From positions 42,904,001-42,968,000 of the forward strand of contig OX597837.1 in the NCBI GenBank assembly GCA_951406725.2: a stretch of DNA of 64,000 bases, in the 5' to 3' direction. Under the pieces are notes generated by a model, which was given only the letters and a program-made list of their open reading frames with translations, was not told where the DNA came from and ran no database searches. This document shows positions 43,530 through 57,199 of this stretch, in pieces; the first letter of the stretch is position 1, and the number at the start of each line of letters is the position of its first letter. Source of the DNA: Octopus vulgaris. Taxonomy: Eukaryota. A program made the position numbers and the translations under genes.

Positions 43530-43870
43530 CACCGAACTCGCCTCACTCATGAGTTTCTTGCCAAAAACAACAAGGTGTCGCTTCTGCACCTGCCCTGTCC
43601 GCCAGATTTAGCACCTGTGTACTTCCATCTCTTCCCCAAGATGAAAATGTTGCTAAAAGGTTGCCGTTTTAACGCCGTTGCCGAAATTCAGAGCGAATCG
43701 CAGCAGGTCCTCGACTCGTTTACAGAAAACGACTGCCAGGTCAGATTCCAAAAGTGGCAGGAACTCTGGGACCGGTGTATTTCTGTGCAAGGTTACTGTT
43801 TCGAAGATGTTAACACAGGTAAATAAGTTATCTTTTTCTTAATCATAACTAGTCCGGGAACTTGTAGATA
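43530..43870 (+). mobile_element. mariner transposase 3' relic
   Basis: EFLAKN...HLPCPPDLAPVYFHLFPKMK...KWQELWDRCISVQGYCFE. Confidence 0.85.
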
Positions 43871-44084
43871 ATATTACCTATACATAATATTACTGCGTAC
43901 ATAATATTAACTGCTTGAGAAAACGTCAATACAAAATAGTCTGTGGAACTTCAGCATGCAGTATGACGGACTGATAGACAGACTGACGGACAGACTGACA
44001 GACAGATAGTTAAATAGATTGTTAGATAGATCGATCGATCAATAGATGGATAAATAGATAGAAAGATAGATAGATAGAACTTGA

Positions 44085-44400
44085 TAAGCCTGACGTCATT
44101 TTCTTTAACAAAACGAACAATAGGCTGACAATAATTGATATAGCAATTCAAAATTACTCTAACATCGTACAGAAGCGAGCTGAAAAGCTGAGGAATTACA
44201 CTGCCTTAGCAATTGAATTTATTCCATTATGGCATTTAAGATTTATCTATATATATATATTCTTCATTGCGTTTGGAATTAGTACATTTATTATGATAGG
44301 TTATCAATTCCGTAAGGATATCGACAAACGGTGTGAAAAGAATGGACGTAAGAACGTGCTAGTAAATTTCAATGGGAGGATTTGTTAATATTGTTAGAGA
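44085..44400 (+). mobile_element. R4/Dong-type RLE endonuclease relic
   Basis: KPDVIFFNKTNNRLTIIDIAIQ...EKLRNYTALAIE...LW, a PD-(D/E)xK-type RLE motif. Confidence 0.7.
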
Positions 44401-44929
44401 CTTCTCTGAGAAATCATTGAATGTCTTGTGTGTATGTTTGTGTGTTTACGCAAGATAGGACTAATTATTTTATTTATGTAAGAATTAAAGTTTTGATGTA
44501 TCTGTCAATACATGAATAATGATTTCTGCGTAAGACACAAGGCCAGGAATTTTAAGAGAAGATAGAGGTTGGTTTGGCATAATTTATCAAAATGCAAACA
44601 TCTGGGTAGACCAGGGACGGAATAAATGGATAATATGGATACATCTCGGTTTGTCATACTTGAGAATTCAGCCAGAAAGTCTAATGAGAGTTGCCGTTGA
44701 TAGAAACTTAAAAAGGAGGTGTTTGAGGACTCTACCCCACTGAAATTCCCAGAAATAATAGATATAAAAGATAAATGGATGATAAAGGCACAAAACCAAC
44801 AATTGTAAGAGAGGGTGGTATCAGTTTTGACTTAGCACCGTTTACTCGAACACAGACATCTGGGTATTCGTTTAGGGATTCCAGCATTCGATCCCCAGAA
44901 AAGTTTGGTGAACCCCCCCCCCAAACTTG

Positions 44930-45445
44930 CTACCTTCAATTCGAAAAGGCAATAAACTGAAGGTGTTTTTTCAGCATATGGTAGGTGTGGTAGAACTTTT
45001 CAACTGAGCTCTTGAATAGCATTTTTGGTCAAATTAGTAATTATAACATCGTTCGTCGTGTTGAGCAAACACGCCGTGTCGCATATGGACTTTAGCCATC
45101 AACTGAAGGTGACGGGTGACAGTATCATGGGAGCACCCCGTCTGCACCAATTACCTAGTGGATTATCGCGGATTCTCGTGGATGAGCTGACTTAATTGAT
45201 CCCCTTTAAAATGAATAGGTCTGTCGGAACGCGGAGAGGCTTGTGAGGCCGACGTTTCCTTCCTTGAGGCGAGAAAAGTATTTCTGTGCAGTTCTTTCAG
45301 GAATAGCATTTTTTCCATACACATCACAAATGGTCTGGAATTGTTATGGCAGCTTTGGAGCCTTGACTGAAAGCGAAGACAAGCAAATGTGCACAATACT
45401 CATTGTATTCAACTTGGCTTTCCTTTGTCATATGTCTGGAAAGAG
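44930..45445 (-). mobile_element. Internally deleted mariner transposase relic
   Basis: HLLVFAFSQGSKAA...YGKNAIPERTAQKYFSRLKEGN...PRSDRP...LIHENPR...TVTRHL, followed by TKNAIQELS*KVLPHLPY. Confidence 0.8.
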
Positions 45446-46620
45446 ATAAAATTTATTCAAAACCGATTATCGAAAGCTGTGGATGAAGAATAGAGTTACG
45501 AAATACCATAAAACTCTATGATAAAAATATTTTTGGTGTTAATTCAAATAGCATTGTAAAAAAAAAAGAAGAATGAATTTATCTGAGAACTCAAAAAAAT
45601 GGCGGAGATGATATGACAATGGACCTAGCAGTTTTTGGTTTCACCGTTCAGCGTTTTATTGCATTTAAATCACACTTCCATATTTGTTTTTCAACTCATC
45701 AACGTTGGTTAAAAATAATCATGTACTTTAGTAATGAACTGGAATGGTTTCACAATTCTACAATAACCAATTCCCCTGAAATGCATTTGGTCTTGTTCCA
45801 AAAATAAGGAGACAAACCTCATTAATATTAAGCGCGGATTTTGTTGAAAGAAACACATTTGTATATAGATTGTGAGCATCGGATACTTTTAACTCTGTAA
45901 CATTTAAATAAATATTCCAGAACTTGCTTGGTTTTTATTACGTGCACAGACATATACAATCGCAATATGTGTCAATGGTTTTGTTTGGAAAAAAACAAAT
46001 TATTTATAAATATTCCCCGAAGGGGAATCACTGTATATTAATGCAAAAATTTTGTATTATTCATTCTATGCCAAGACTATTGTTATCATCTTCATGTGAG
46101 ACTAGAATTAAAAAAACGCCAGTGTTGATTTTATTTATATATTTATTTTTATATTAATATATCTAATGTCTGTGACTAGATTTCGCCAAGTTGAGACGAT
46201 TGACAACTCTTAGTTGGAATATATCATACGTATTCCGACTTTTAAAAAAATCATGAAAATACCAGTTTTACCTTGCTTAGCTCTTCGCAGTAAATGGAAT
46301 GCTTCTTGGAGAATATACTGACGTTGTTGCCAACAGAGTGACAGAAACGAACCTCAAATTCTATTACTTACTGTTGTGTTAGTTCTACAAAAAAGTTTCC
46401 CTCGTTTTTGACGAATTGAACAAACATATTTATCAGATAAAGAGTTCTATATTCCGAAGTAAACATACATACATACATACATACATACATACATACATAC
46501 ATACATACATACATCATGCATACAAACATACATACAGAGAGATATACATACATTCATACATACATACATACATTCATACATACATACATTCATACAAACA
46601 TCATGCATACAAATATACAT

Positions 46621-46679
<59 letters not shown>

Positions 46680-46734
46680 CATATATATATATATATATAT
46701 ACATACATGCATACATATATACATACATAGACTC

Positions 46735-47519
46735 CTTTTGGAGGAAAATCTGGAGTGAAGAGAAGGAATTTAACCAAGATTATCTGTGGCGGGAAGAAAT
46801 CCGAAAAAGTTATTGCTCCTGCGTTACATCCAAGACATATAACATTGATGGTGAAACTTTTGCAACTGTGATCCAGAAACTCCGGGATGGAAAAGCACCT
46901 GGAAGAGACTTGATTGCTGGATATTGGTGCAAGAAGCTACCATTCTACCGACCATATCTTATCAATCTGCACACCAATCTTTCGTTGGGAACAGTAGCAT
47001 ACTATACTGGTTAGCTCTGGAAGAAACAAAATTGATCCCCAAATGCAGAACCACCCAAATGGCAAAAACTACCGGCCAATTGCATGCCAGAGCTTAATGT
47101 ATAAAATATATACAGTATGTTTAAACCTCTTTCTCCAAGACCATTGTGAAACCAATAACATTATCACAGCAGAACAAGCAGCTGGGAAGAAGGGAGTCTG
47201 GTGATGTGCCGAGCAATTGCTAATCAAAAGAACTGTGATGTCAGAGGTGCGAGAGTATAGGAGGAGCCTAGTTTCAATATGGCTAGACTACAAGAAAGCC
47301 TTTGACTCTGTTCCTCACTCATGGATGCTAGAAGCCTTTCAACTTGCCAAAGTTCCAGCGAGAATAGTCAAAGCCATAGCTGACCTGACTTCATCATGGG
47401 CCACCATCTTGAAATTAAGCACAAAGAGTGACTGTATTATCACCGATAGAATACAATATCGCAAAGGCATATTCCAAGGGGACAGCCTCTCTATGATGTT
47501 GTTTATAATTTCTGTAAAT
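46735..47519 (+). mobile_element. R4/Dong-type LINE RT fragment (domains 0-4)
   Basis: KAPGRD...NYRPIACQ...EQLLI...WLDYKKAFDSVPHSWM...RKGIFQGDSLS. Confidence 0.9.
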
Positions 47520-47599
47520 GGTTATTTAACGGTTATTTAATAAGTTTACATTATCCTTATGTTTCAAAATTTCATATAAACTTATTAAATAACCGTTTT

Positions 47600-49450
47600 G
47601 AACTAGGAGTATCGTGTTTGCATTGTACTACCCGTACCTTTAAATATTTTTAAAAATAGCATTCTGTTATTCCTAAATTTTAGATCTTAATGTTTATTTT
47701 AAAAATCAATAAGGAAATAGCATACCCTGCTACTTTTTATTATTTAATAAGCAATAGTTATTAAGGAAATTTAATAATATAAGCAAATTGAATAAAGTTG
47801 AATAAATATTTTTTAAAATTTCTATAATTATTACATAAATTCTATATATCTAATGAAGTTATTAAGTTGTATACCTTATTCACAATAAGATTTGGTAATT
47901 TCCATATCTATTTCTGCGAGAATTCTACTCCACCTAATCCTTTTCCAATATTATAAATATTACTTCTAATAAGCTTAAATTATTATACCCCATATAACTA
48001 CACTTCGCTCTTAATCTCTTATGATAACACAAAATATAAATTAAATATTTCTATTTTCATTAAAAAAAAAATTAATATTTTGGTTACCTCCCTTCCATTG
48101 TATTTTAAAGATTTTGGTATGTGAGCCAATTAATACCTTATTTACTGAGAATCTCCTCATAAAAAGATCTTCTAAATCCCCTTAATTAATATTCAAAACC
48201 TGATAAAGAATGGATAATATTATCTAAGTTACTTGGTTTCTAATTCTCTAAAACAATCCCGCCCTCATGATCTTTGTATGTATTAGAAAGCTTTATAAAT
48301 GGATTATAAATAAATAAGAAAATGACATTTTATAAGTACCAATTAATAAATATAAATTACCATATAAGGAATAATAATAGCTTTTTCTTAAATCTATAAT
48401 AGAACCCAAAATTTTATATAAGTTTTATTAAAAATATAACTTTTGCCCAATAACTTGATCATTTCTTTACCCGGTATTAAACACTAGTCATTTATGGCAA
48501 TTCCCATGATAAGTAAATATAAATTTTAGTCTAAAAAATTATAAAATTATAAGAAAATTTCTTTTAACAACTTACCTTACATATTAATATAAATAAGCTA
48601 GGTATATTTCATAATAAGTTTTTAGGACACAAATCTGTTCTACCTCTTATCTACAATATTCTACAAGAATTTATATTTATTTTTCATTATACTCATTTAT
48701 ATTCCTTTATTTTAATTTTAAACCAATTTTTCTTACTTATTTACCTGCTGTATCATTTTATTTATAATATATTTCTATAGATTTCATACTCAACCTATAC
48801 AGAACCATACTGATATATTTCACTATTTATTTTATAATACAAGAAATATGTTCTGAGATTATTAGCATATAGAAAATATATGAAATTTTTAACATATTCC
48901 TTTAATTTAACTTATTAATACCAATAAATTAATATTTACTAATTAACTATAAATAAATGTTAGGTTGGTATAGAAATTTATATTAATATAGAATTATTTC
49001 TATATTGTCTATCCCTATATTGTGTAAAATACTAAAATTATTCTTATTTTTTTGTGAAAAAAACTCTCTAAAATGTACCTATATATGTCAAATTATCACT
49101 GAGGTTATGGTTGTCAAATAGTAAATTATTATAAGTTTTATTCTCCCTCCCCCATCAGCTTTAGTCTGCAAATTTTGTCTGGAATATATTCTTACTGAAC
49201 CCAAATAGTTTCTACTTCAAGGGGATCTTGATTTATGACTCTGCCACTTAAACTGTCTTTTTACTCTATCCATAAAAGATAGATTCTAGTTTCCATTAGG
49301 CTTGATAAAATAGTCTATAAATTAGAACTAACCCCCTCCCCAGTAGTAAATCTGAATAACAAATTAAAATCAATGATAAGCAGTGTTTTCCAATGAAAAA
49401 ATATCAGTTACAACTATGATATTGTTGATGAAACATGTCCTTTGTCTATC
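47600..49450 (-). pseudogene. Extremely AT-rich, decayed CR1/Jockey-group LINE ORF2 (RT)
   Basis: Ordered motifs on the minus strand: HWKTLLII (~49395), SSN/YR..ILSSLMET (~49320), LFGFSKN (~49200), FDNH (~49115), FLYANNLRTY (YANN at 48869-48858), IKLLG (~48455), GSHTKIFK..NFF (~48120), WKLPNLIV (~47900). Many stops and frameshifts. Confidence 0.6.
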
Positions 49451-49750
49451 TACTTATCCTCTTTGTGATTTTGGTTAATAGAATAACTATACAATTGAAT
49501 CCTTTGAATTTAACCGAATTCTATATTTTTATGCAGCTGAAGATTGCTCTACATTTTAAAACTGATGTAATATTTGCATTGTTCAATTAAATGGAGTCGC
49601 ATGAAACGATCGTACTGTATTACCTCTGGATATCCTTGTTGCTTATTTTGATTGTAAATCACCCCATTTTGAATTATATGGATACCATGCTAAATTCTGG
49701 TGCCTTTAACTTAAGTACCATTTTCAACTGAATCTAAATTTTACTGAACT

Positions 49751-49823
<73 letters not shown>

Positions 49824-50941
49824 GAGAAAAGTTGGGACTTTAAGTAGTATTTTGAAAATGAATTTAAATTGGTAGGAAGGGGGAAAATATCTAAGGCTTT
49901 TCTAATTAAATATGCAACTATTGTTGCTATATAAATGCTTTTTGACTAGGCGTACAAAATAAACGATAAATATAAAAGCAGAATTCAACTCTAGAAAACC
50001 AAAATATATGTACCTCAGCGGGTCCCGGAGAGGGAAACTTCTCCTTCTTGTCCTAATTTCTCTGGCGGCATCGGACCCCGGAAAAATACATTATCTCTTT
50101 TAATTAAGAGAACATTCTTAATATTGCCTCTCCTTAATCCATTGTGCGCAAAACTGAAGTCCATGTTTCTGTGAGAAACTTCACATCTAGCAACAGCCCA
50201 CTGTATCTCTCTACAAGGCCATATAACTATCCTTTTGCTGCCACCAAGAGGATTCTCTTCAGGCAAACTTCGAATTAGTATTAATTATTAATACAAAACA
50301 AGAAATTTTCGTGAAATTTTGAATTTCACTGCAATTTTTAATGAAAGACTGAGACACTTATCTCTGCACATCAAGCTAAATGTGCTTCTCATCGAGATAC
50401 GCTTAGCAGCCATATGAGATGTATGATGTAAATCCAACATTATCAATGAGCTTCATTCATCATTCAGTGTAAAGATTAGCGTCATTTGCAAGCGGTGACG
50501 GCACCATTATTCGGTATTCAGCATTGAAGCGATAAGAGATGCTATGTGGATCCGCAAAACATAAAGTAATGCGATTCTTGGTGAAGCTGTGTGAATACAA
50601 ATACTTGATTGTTCTTTTCTTTAGTTACACCTACACACACACACATATATATATTTATATAAACAGACACAAAAATATCGCATATATGCACCTATAATAG
50701 ATATGCTACATACATACGTACGTCTCTGTCACTATGCACACACAACTATATACACACACATAAACACACAATCACACACACAAACATAAACACACTCACA
50801 CAGATTGATAAGAATCAGCTTGTGAAAATATCTGATAATAATGTCTGCTCTGTGAAAAGGCTACACATACAAACATAAGTACATACATATATATATATAC
50901 ATACATACCCACACACGCCCACACTACATCCACACACACCC

Positions 50942-50994
<53 letters not shown>

Positions 50995-52370
50995 TATTGG
51001 AATGTATTTGTATATGTAAATATATATATGTGTATATATCTATGTCTATATTTATACATACATACACGAACACAAGCACATGTATATATATATATAAATA
51101 TATATATACACTTTTATTATATTCTCGTTGTGGATTCACGCAGATGCACTTACATGTATATGTGTGTATATGTATGTGTATATATATATACATATATATA
51201 TATATGGAAATATATATATATATATATACATATACACAGACATACATACATATATATTATACATATGTATATGTATATATATGTATGTATGTATGTATAT
51301 ATATAGATATATATATATATATGTACATACACATAAGTACTTTCGTATGAAGCCAGAAAAAGAATGCAGTAATAACACACACACACACATATATGTGCAC
51401 AGATATATATGCATATAAAAGTATTATAAATATATACATACATACATGCATATATACACACATATATATACATGAATTTATATTAGCTTATATATATGAA
51501 CGTATAAAATACATATACTTATAGATATACATATATACAAGCATATAACAATATATATATATACTCACATACACATATATACATATATTCACATATATGC
51601 ATTGTATACATATATTCTTATAGGTACGTTTATACATATACAGATATATAAATATATATTTTTATATACACACACACACGTATATACATAACTATACGCA
51701 TGTATACACATAAATGAAACAAAATGAATGAGCTAGTGAAAATATTTGATAATAATGTCTGTGAAAGGTGAAAAATTGGCAGACATCAGCAATGGCGGGT
51801 AATTGTGTGTCTAGACTATTTGAGCGTAATGAATGTCCAGGGAAAATTGAAAAACTAAATAGCGACATATTTCGTGAGGCCAGAGATAATATTGCAAACG
51901 ACCAGATACCTAGCAGCATATTTTTATCAAATTACAATAACATTGTAATTCAATTCATACATCCCGAACACCATCCATTTCTCTACACGTACGTTCGTGT
52001 TAAATAATGACTTTGCATTCGTTTGCTTTCTAAACCCTGCCAAAATTAGGAATTTTTTTTCAGATTCTGTGACATCTAAGGTGGCGGTTATAAAAATATT
52101 TGTGCCTGTGGTTAAGTTTCCTGGCTAATAGCAGAGTAAGAATGTGAGATGTTGCTCCCGGTGCAAGTCGAATTTGGAATAATATTGTTCATTTTCATAA
52201 ATTTATAAACGAGAGCCAGAAATCGATATTTTCAGTTGGCCTCTTTGCACACCAACCCCCGTCCCTTTCTACCTTTGTATCTCCTTTTCCTTTAAATACA
52301 CTGTTGCCTCTAGCTATCTTCATCACTATAGGTAGGTTCTGAGACCGGATAAAACTTATATATATATATA

Positions 52371-52520
52371 GGGAGAATTCACGAAAAAAACAAAAGACGA
52401 AGACAGATGGTGTAGAAAACAAACAGATGTATTAGTATAACGCTCGGGAATTGAAAAAGTCTTTAACGTTTCGAGCCTACCCTCTTCCACAGAAAAGATC
52501 ACAGAAACAAGGACAGAAAT
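52371..52520 (-). mobile_element. Mini Penelope-like element, family 2, with variant minimal hammerhead (52461-52496)
   Basis: Reverse complement TTT-CTGTGGA-A-GAGG gtag GCTC-GAAACGT-T-AAAG; homologous to 1622-1812; flanked by (TA)n. Confidence 0.6.
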
Positions 52521-52521
52521 A

Positions 52522-52610
<89 letters not shown>

Positions 52611-52876
52611 TCTATTTATGTATATATATATATATATATATGTATGTAACTCAGGTAACTGGGATAACTCCTACATAAAACCTGCGGTTCAGTGGTTACC
52701 GATGATGTTGACTTGTTTTTCTTTTCGGATTATGGCTGCTGTTGCTTAGTGAGTGGGATTGACTCAGTGCACAGCCTTTCCTCACTTTAAAAAAATCTAC
52801 TTGCACAGGCATTGCACGATAACAACATTGATTAAGCTTCGTGCAATGGCCATACTCGATAACAAGGGGGCAGCCA

Positions 52877-52920
<44 letters not shown>

Positions 52921-52939
52921 TACACTCTCTCTCTCTCTC

Positions 52940-52982
<43 letters not shown>

Positions 52983-53831
52983 AGAACACACACACACACA
53001 CACATATATACATACTTGCAGTAATATGTACGTATATGGATATCTGCGTGACCACGTGTGTGTATCTATAATATGTAAGCATTGATAGCATGTGTCTCTC
53101 TACTTATCAATCTGTGCGTTCTCCATGCATATACGTTTCTGTGTATTCTCATAAATACACCACTAATACTAAACGTGGATATTTCGCTACTCGTATAAAT
53201 TCTCACCCAAAACATTCTCATCAATTTTTAAAACCTCTTATATTTTTTTTACACCTTATGAATCAACACATAACTCACAAATTTTCCCGTATATTATATT
53301 TACTTTATTGAACAGTATAATATCCTCTAATTATATCATTATATTGTTATATCAAATTACAGTATAATATGAAACGATGTTACTGCATTATTATAGCAGG
53401 ATATATTTTCCTTCCTCTGTTTTATGGTCCACGACTCTCTACACATCTCAACTAGTAACGCTTAAAATTTACTCCTTGTTTTAGGGTCATTGCAGGCCAC
53501 ATATTTCAACCAATCACACCACGTAATTCAATCCCAGTTTATCGTCCGTGACCAATCACATCTCATAATTCGGCCTGTGTGTCTGTTTATGGTCCACACT
53601 TCATCACATATCTCAACTGATCTTACCACGTAATTTATAAGCATAACTCACTACACACGAGGGTCAATGACAAGGTTTCATGCGCCAGATGCGCCGGAGT
53701 TTACACTCAAATGTCTTGCTCGCGTACAAACCATGTGCTTTAATGTAAGATTGTTTTTTCGTGGTTTTAGGCTTTGACTGCCATTTCTAGCATGTAGCAA
53801 ATCGACGTGGTGGATTTCTCGCCGTGTATTC

Positions 53832-54170
53832 TGAGACCCCCTTCGGTCACGACACAGACCATGGGATTGTACCTAGAAAGTTCCCCTCCGAGTAACAAGT
53901 CCGGGTAAGGTTGTTTTATGGAAGACCAGCAGTCGCCCATGCATACCAGCCTCCCCTCTATACACCACTGATGTTGTCCAAAGGAAAGGCAAAGGGGCCG
54001 ATACAGCTTGGCACCTGTGACGTCACAACTCATTTCTACAGCTGAGTGAACTGGCGCAACGTGAAATAAAGTGTCTTGCTCAAGAACACAACACGCAGCC
54101 CGGTCCGGGATTCGAGCTCACAACCTCACGATCGTAAGCTCGACGCTCTAACCACTGAGCCATACGCCTT
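53832..54170 (-). mobile_element. SINE family D
   Basis: Homologous to 32890-33227. Confidence 0.8.
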
Positions 54171-54229
54171 CATACATTATTATATTTAAAATATTTAATC
54201 CTTGTGACTCTTATTACGCAAGATGGCCA

Positions 54230-54636
54230 CTCTTTACTTCTTTTACTTGTTCCAGTCATTTGACTGCGGCCATGCTGGAGCACTGCCTTTAGTCGACCAA
54301 ATCGACCCCAGGACTTATTCTTTGGAAGCCTAGTACTTATTTTATCGGTCTCTTTTTGCCGAACTGCTAAGTTACGGGGATGTAAACACACCAGCATCGG
54401 TTGTCAAGCAATGCTAGGGGGACAAACAGACACACAAACATACACACACACATACATATATATATACATATATACGACGGGCTTCTTTCAGTTTCCGTCT
54501 ACCAAATCCACTCACAAGGCTTTGGTCGGCCCGAGGCTATAGTAGAAGACACTTTCCCAAGGTGTAACGCAGTGGGACTGAACCCGGAACCATGTGGTTG
54601 GTAAGCAAGCTACTTACCACACAGCCACTCCTACGC
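54230..54636 (-). mobile_element. SINE family B, full length
   Basis: Homologous to the other family B copies. Confidence 0.85.
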
Positions 54637-55462
54637 CATTGGTAAAAAAAAAATTTAATAATTTCTACCCTTGTATTTATAAAGTTAAATATTTAAATTC
54701 TTCGGCCGGATACATTTGAATATATTTCACTGCTATACTACTCTGGTTTCACACGTTGATGTATAATCATGGTACTGAATGCGCAACTGTTTGCTTTGTA
54801 TTGTAGTCTCATATTTATACATTTTATAGCGACCTTACTAACGAGCTACAGATGATTAATTAATTAATCAATTAATTATCTTATTAGTTGATTTATTTTG
54901 TCATTAATAGTGAAACTCATTAGTATAATGTTAACTAAAATTTTTATTCACTCAAATGTCTTGCTCACGAATAAAACAATGTGCTTTAATGTAAGAATTT
55001 TCTTTTCGTGGTTTTAGGCTTTGACTGCCATTTCTAGCATGTAAGAAGTTCATGTGCTGGATTTCCCTCCGTGTATATTTCATACACTATCATATATATA
55101 TATTTATGATAGTTTATGAAATATACACGGTTGCGTACTGAGATCGATCTAATCGACTGGTCCCTCCTCCAAAATTTCGGGCCTTGTGTCCAGAGTAGAA
55201 AAGCTATAGCTACAGAGTAACTCATCATATGACAAGTGAGACACTAGACTTCGGTGAAACATCAACGTAGTGTTTGTGTGTGTGTGTGTGTGTGTGTGTC
55301 CTTAGTTATAGTGAAGGCCCGTGTCTTAGGGAATTCGGCAGACGATCAAGAGGTCGCCAGTTCGATTCCAAGCTGAGCGTTGTGTCACTTTATTTCACGT
55401 TGCTCCAGTTCAGTCAGCTGTCAAAGACGGGTTGTATTTGTAACTCAAAAAGGCCGGCGGGC

Positions 55463-55995
55463 TGCGAATTTTTTCCCCACAAGAGTTCCGGACTTCAGTT
55501 ATGAACTCATTTGCATACAACCAATCAGAGCTCAACTATGAAACTAATTTATGAGCGCATAACAAGTGATGGGGGATAAGATAAGGTCACCTGGGTAAGG
55601 AATGACCACGCTTCTTTCCACTGTTTTAAGAATGCTTGTTGTTCTTGTTCTTGTTTCAACCATGGCTGTCTCTGCATAGTTATTTGTGTTGTTTACTTTT
55701 TAAAGCAGTAAGGGGAGAGGGTTGGTAGCACATCCCCTTCTACCCACATTTTCCCCATCCACATCTTTACCATTTGGGTCCCTAACAAAATCTGATAATA
55801 GGTAGAGATGCAAATCTATCTAATTACTTGTCTCCTAAAATCCGGCATAACTTGGCGATCGTTCGACTTACAAGATCGTTCTTGAATGCCAGCCTTTGTT
55901 AACTTGACAACAAGGTCAAGGTGAGCTCTGATTGGCTGTATGCAAATGAGTTCATTTCCGGGGTCCTGAACTCTCGTGGGGAAAAAAAATTCGCA
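55463..55995. mobile_element. MITE with TIRs of about 72 bp, inserted in a SINE (55310-56150)
   Basis: 55463-55534 is inverted relative to 55922-55995; GGCGGGC is duplicated at 55456-55462 and 55996-56002. Confidence 0.8.
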
Positions 55996-56198
55996 GGCGG
56001 GCCAGCCTTGTCACATTCTGTGTCACGCTGAATCTCCCCGAGAACTACGTTAAGGGTACGCGCGTCTGTGGAGTGCTCAGCCACTTGCACGTTAATTTCC
56101 CGAACAGGCCGTTCCGTCGATCGGATCAACTGGAACCCTCGTCGTCGTAACTAATGAAGTGGCTGTTATCTTTGGTTACATACGTGTGTCTGTAGATG

Positions 56199-56273
<75 letters not shown>

Positions 56274-56801
56274 TGTGTCTGTTGCGAATTTTCATGTTTT
56301 TTCTTCTCGTTTGTATTCTATTGGTAATTGATTCCTTTCTTACGTTTCCAAAACCGCAATCACCAAATCATTGCCGAGAGTCTAATTATAGCTTTTTCTT
56401 TTTTTTTTTATTTGTGGAGATCACAATGCCAAGAGATTATTTCCATTTCGCCGTGTTCGACACTGGATTTCGACAATAATTTCTAAATTAGCCATGAAGG
56501 CTTCTGATAAGACGTGTTAGAGTGTCTTGTTTAAGGACACAATGCAACTTAATGATATAAAATCGGTTTGTTAGAATGGCGCAAAAGGAGGAGAGAGAGG
56601 CGGAGAGAAAGATACAGGAAGTGAGAAAGAGAGAGAGACAGACAGGAGAGTAATATGTGGGAAGAGATAGGGGAGAGCAAGATACAAGAAGAGAGAAGGA
56701 AAGAGGGGAAGAGAAAGAGCAAGAGAGAAAGGTACGGAAGGAACAAAAAGTGGGGAAGAGAGCGAGAGAGCAAGAAAGAAGAGAAAAGGTGAAAACAAGC
56801 C

Positions 56802-56833
<32 letters not shown>

Positions 56834-57056
56834 AGGGGGAGGGCAAGAGAGAACAAGAGAGTGTAAGGGAAAGAGAGAAAGAGCAAGAGCAAGAGTGAAT
56901 CAGAGTGAGAGAGAAGGAGAGACGGAGAGAGTGAAAGAGTGAGAGCGACAAGAATAGAAGGAAAGAGAAAAAGGGATAGAGGGAGGGAAAGAGAGAGCAA
57001 GTGAGTAAGGGAGAGCACAAGACAGAAAGAGAGGGGGAGGGGGAGAGAAAGTGAGC

Positions 57057-57149
<93 letters not shown>

Positions 57150-57199
57150 CAATGGAGACGTTTGCCATCCGCGGGATATGTATCTACAACTTTGAGAGA

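Noticed and set aside
49140-49230. TKADG motif suggesting a viral mRNA capping enzyme (KxDG)
   Set aside because: No downstream nucleotidyltransferase motifs; the position fits the RT domain 2-3 linker of the decayed LINE.
47520-49750. Mitochondrial insertion (NUMT) or ciliate-code gene as the explanation for the AT-rich block
   Set aside because: No mitochondrial protein, rRNA or tRNA motif was recognised. Reading TAA/TAG as Gln gives no continuous frame, whereas RT motifs appear in the correct order.
50015-50266. 83-aa non-repetitive ORF
   Set aside because: Non-ATG start, no recognisable motif or splice context; the length is expected by chance.
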